A stretch of 64,000 nucleotides of DNA from Eledone cirrhosa (lineage: Eukaryota), in contig OZ024740.1 of assembly GCA_964016885.1 (NCBI GenBank), positions 74,648,001-74,712,000 on the forward strand. Direction: 5' to 3'. Positions within the stretch are counted from its first letter, which is position 1. The number at the start of each line of letters is the position of its first letter. The notes below the pieces were generated by a model that was not told the DNA's origin, ran no database searches, and saw nothing but the letters and a program-made list of their open reading frames with translations. A program made the translations under genes and the position numbers. Below, in pieces: positions 63,064 through 64,000 of the stretch.

Positions 63064-63341
63064 CATCACCATCATCATCATCATCGTTTAACGTCCATGT
63101 TCCACGCTTGCATGGGTTTGGACGGGAGTTTTCCCACTTGAGGCAAGAGTGGTTGTCTTGCTCGCATAGGACTGTCTGGCGGGTTTTCTACAACTGGATG
63201 CCCTTCCTAACACCAACCACATTTACAGTGTGGGACTGGGAGGTTTTTACCGTGTTGCCTACACGGCCACATTACAGCGTGGACTGTGTGTTTTTTGTCG
63301 TGACACCTACACGATCTCATTTGTTTCGGCCTGGATGTTGT
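63064..63341 (-). mobile_element. RTE LINE 3'-UTR fragment with (GAT)n tail
   Basis: Near-identical to 4219-4576 without the internal duplication. Confidence 0.88.
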
Positions 63342-63611
63342 ATATATATATATATTATTGAGTAAAATGACTGGAGGCCGGACTGGTGAAATTCGTTCTA
63401 AGATTTATTTCAGCAAACACTATGTACATTTCAGTGGTCAGCTTATGTAAGATCCTGGTGACATCATCAGGTGTATATTGCATAATAGTTATATAATAAA
63501 AGGCTAATGATAAACAATCCAAGAGGCTATAAGGAGAGAAAGCAGAGAAAAAATGTATTTGACTCAAAAGCGATCAAGAGGGCCAGTTGTTGCCAGTTTG
63601 GATAATCACTT

Positions 63612-63613
63612 TA

Positions 63614-63660
<47 letters not shown>
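63612..63660. repeat. (TA)n microsatellite
   Basis: Direct observation. Confidence 0.97.
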
Positions 63661-63668
<8 letters not shown>

Positions 63669-64000
63669 AACACACACACAAGAACAAGGGTGTTTCTGAC
63701 CTGTATAGAAATGATTCTTCTGTATGGTTCAGAGTTGTGGACGTTGAATGCTGTTCGCTGCAAGGGACTCAATGGTATATACACCAGAATGCTACACTTG
63801 ACATACAACATCTAGAGATTTCATCTAGGACAGGCATATCAAACTGAGGGTCTCCCAAGGGCCACATGGGTCACATATGTCTTATCTGAGGGTCACACAC
63901 GACAACTAATTGCACACATTACAATTATTTAAAAAAAAAAATTTATATTACGAAGATAAATATGCTTGCATTGTGTGAGCCACAGATGTGCTTGTAAAGG

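Overview
AT-rich, repeat-dense animal nuclear DNA, not prokaryotic. The repeat landscape suggests an octopus or other coleoid cephalopod; this is an inference I could not verify. Two host genes are arranged head-to-head about 36 kb apart. The first is NDUFS2 (complex I 49 kDa subunit) on the minus strand, with 12 coding exons mapped by hand (25225 down to 632, all GT-AG, phases consistent, 435 codons); its last exons lie off the left edge. The second is the first coding exon of an LRRC58-like leucine-rich repeat gene on the plus strand (61462-61925). Most of the rest is transposon-derived: RTE-clade LINEs including a near full-length copy with a PHD finger inside its reverse transcriptase, CR1/L2-like and Tx1-like LINE fragments, tRNA-derived SINEs with target-site duplications (TSDs), DD37D-like and Chapaev3-like DNA transposons, piggyBac- and hAT-like MITEs, two minisatellites and a 4.3 kb (GT)n(GA)n compound microsatellite. 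The most notable observations are the PHD-in-RT LINE family, a minimal hammerhead ribozyme motif in an inverted repeat pair, Tx1-like LINEs inserted twice in (GATA)n, a minisatellite derived from LINE coding sequence, and a perfect 47-bp inverted repeat upstream of the LRR gene.
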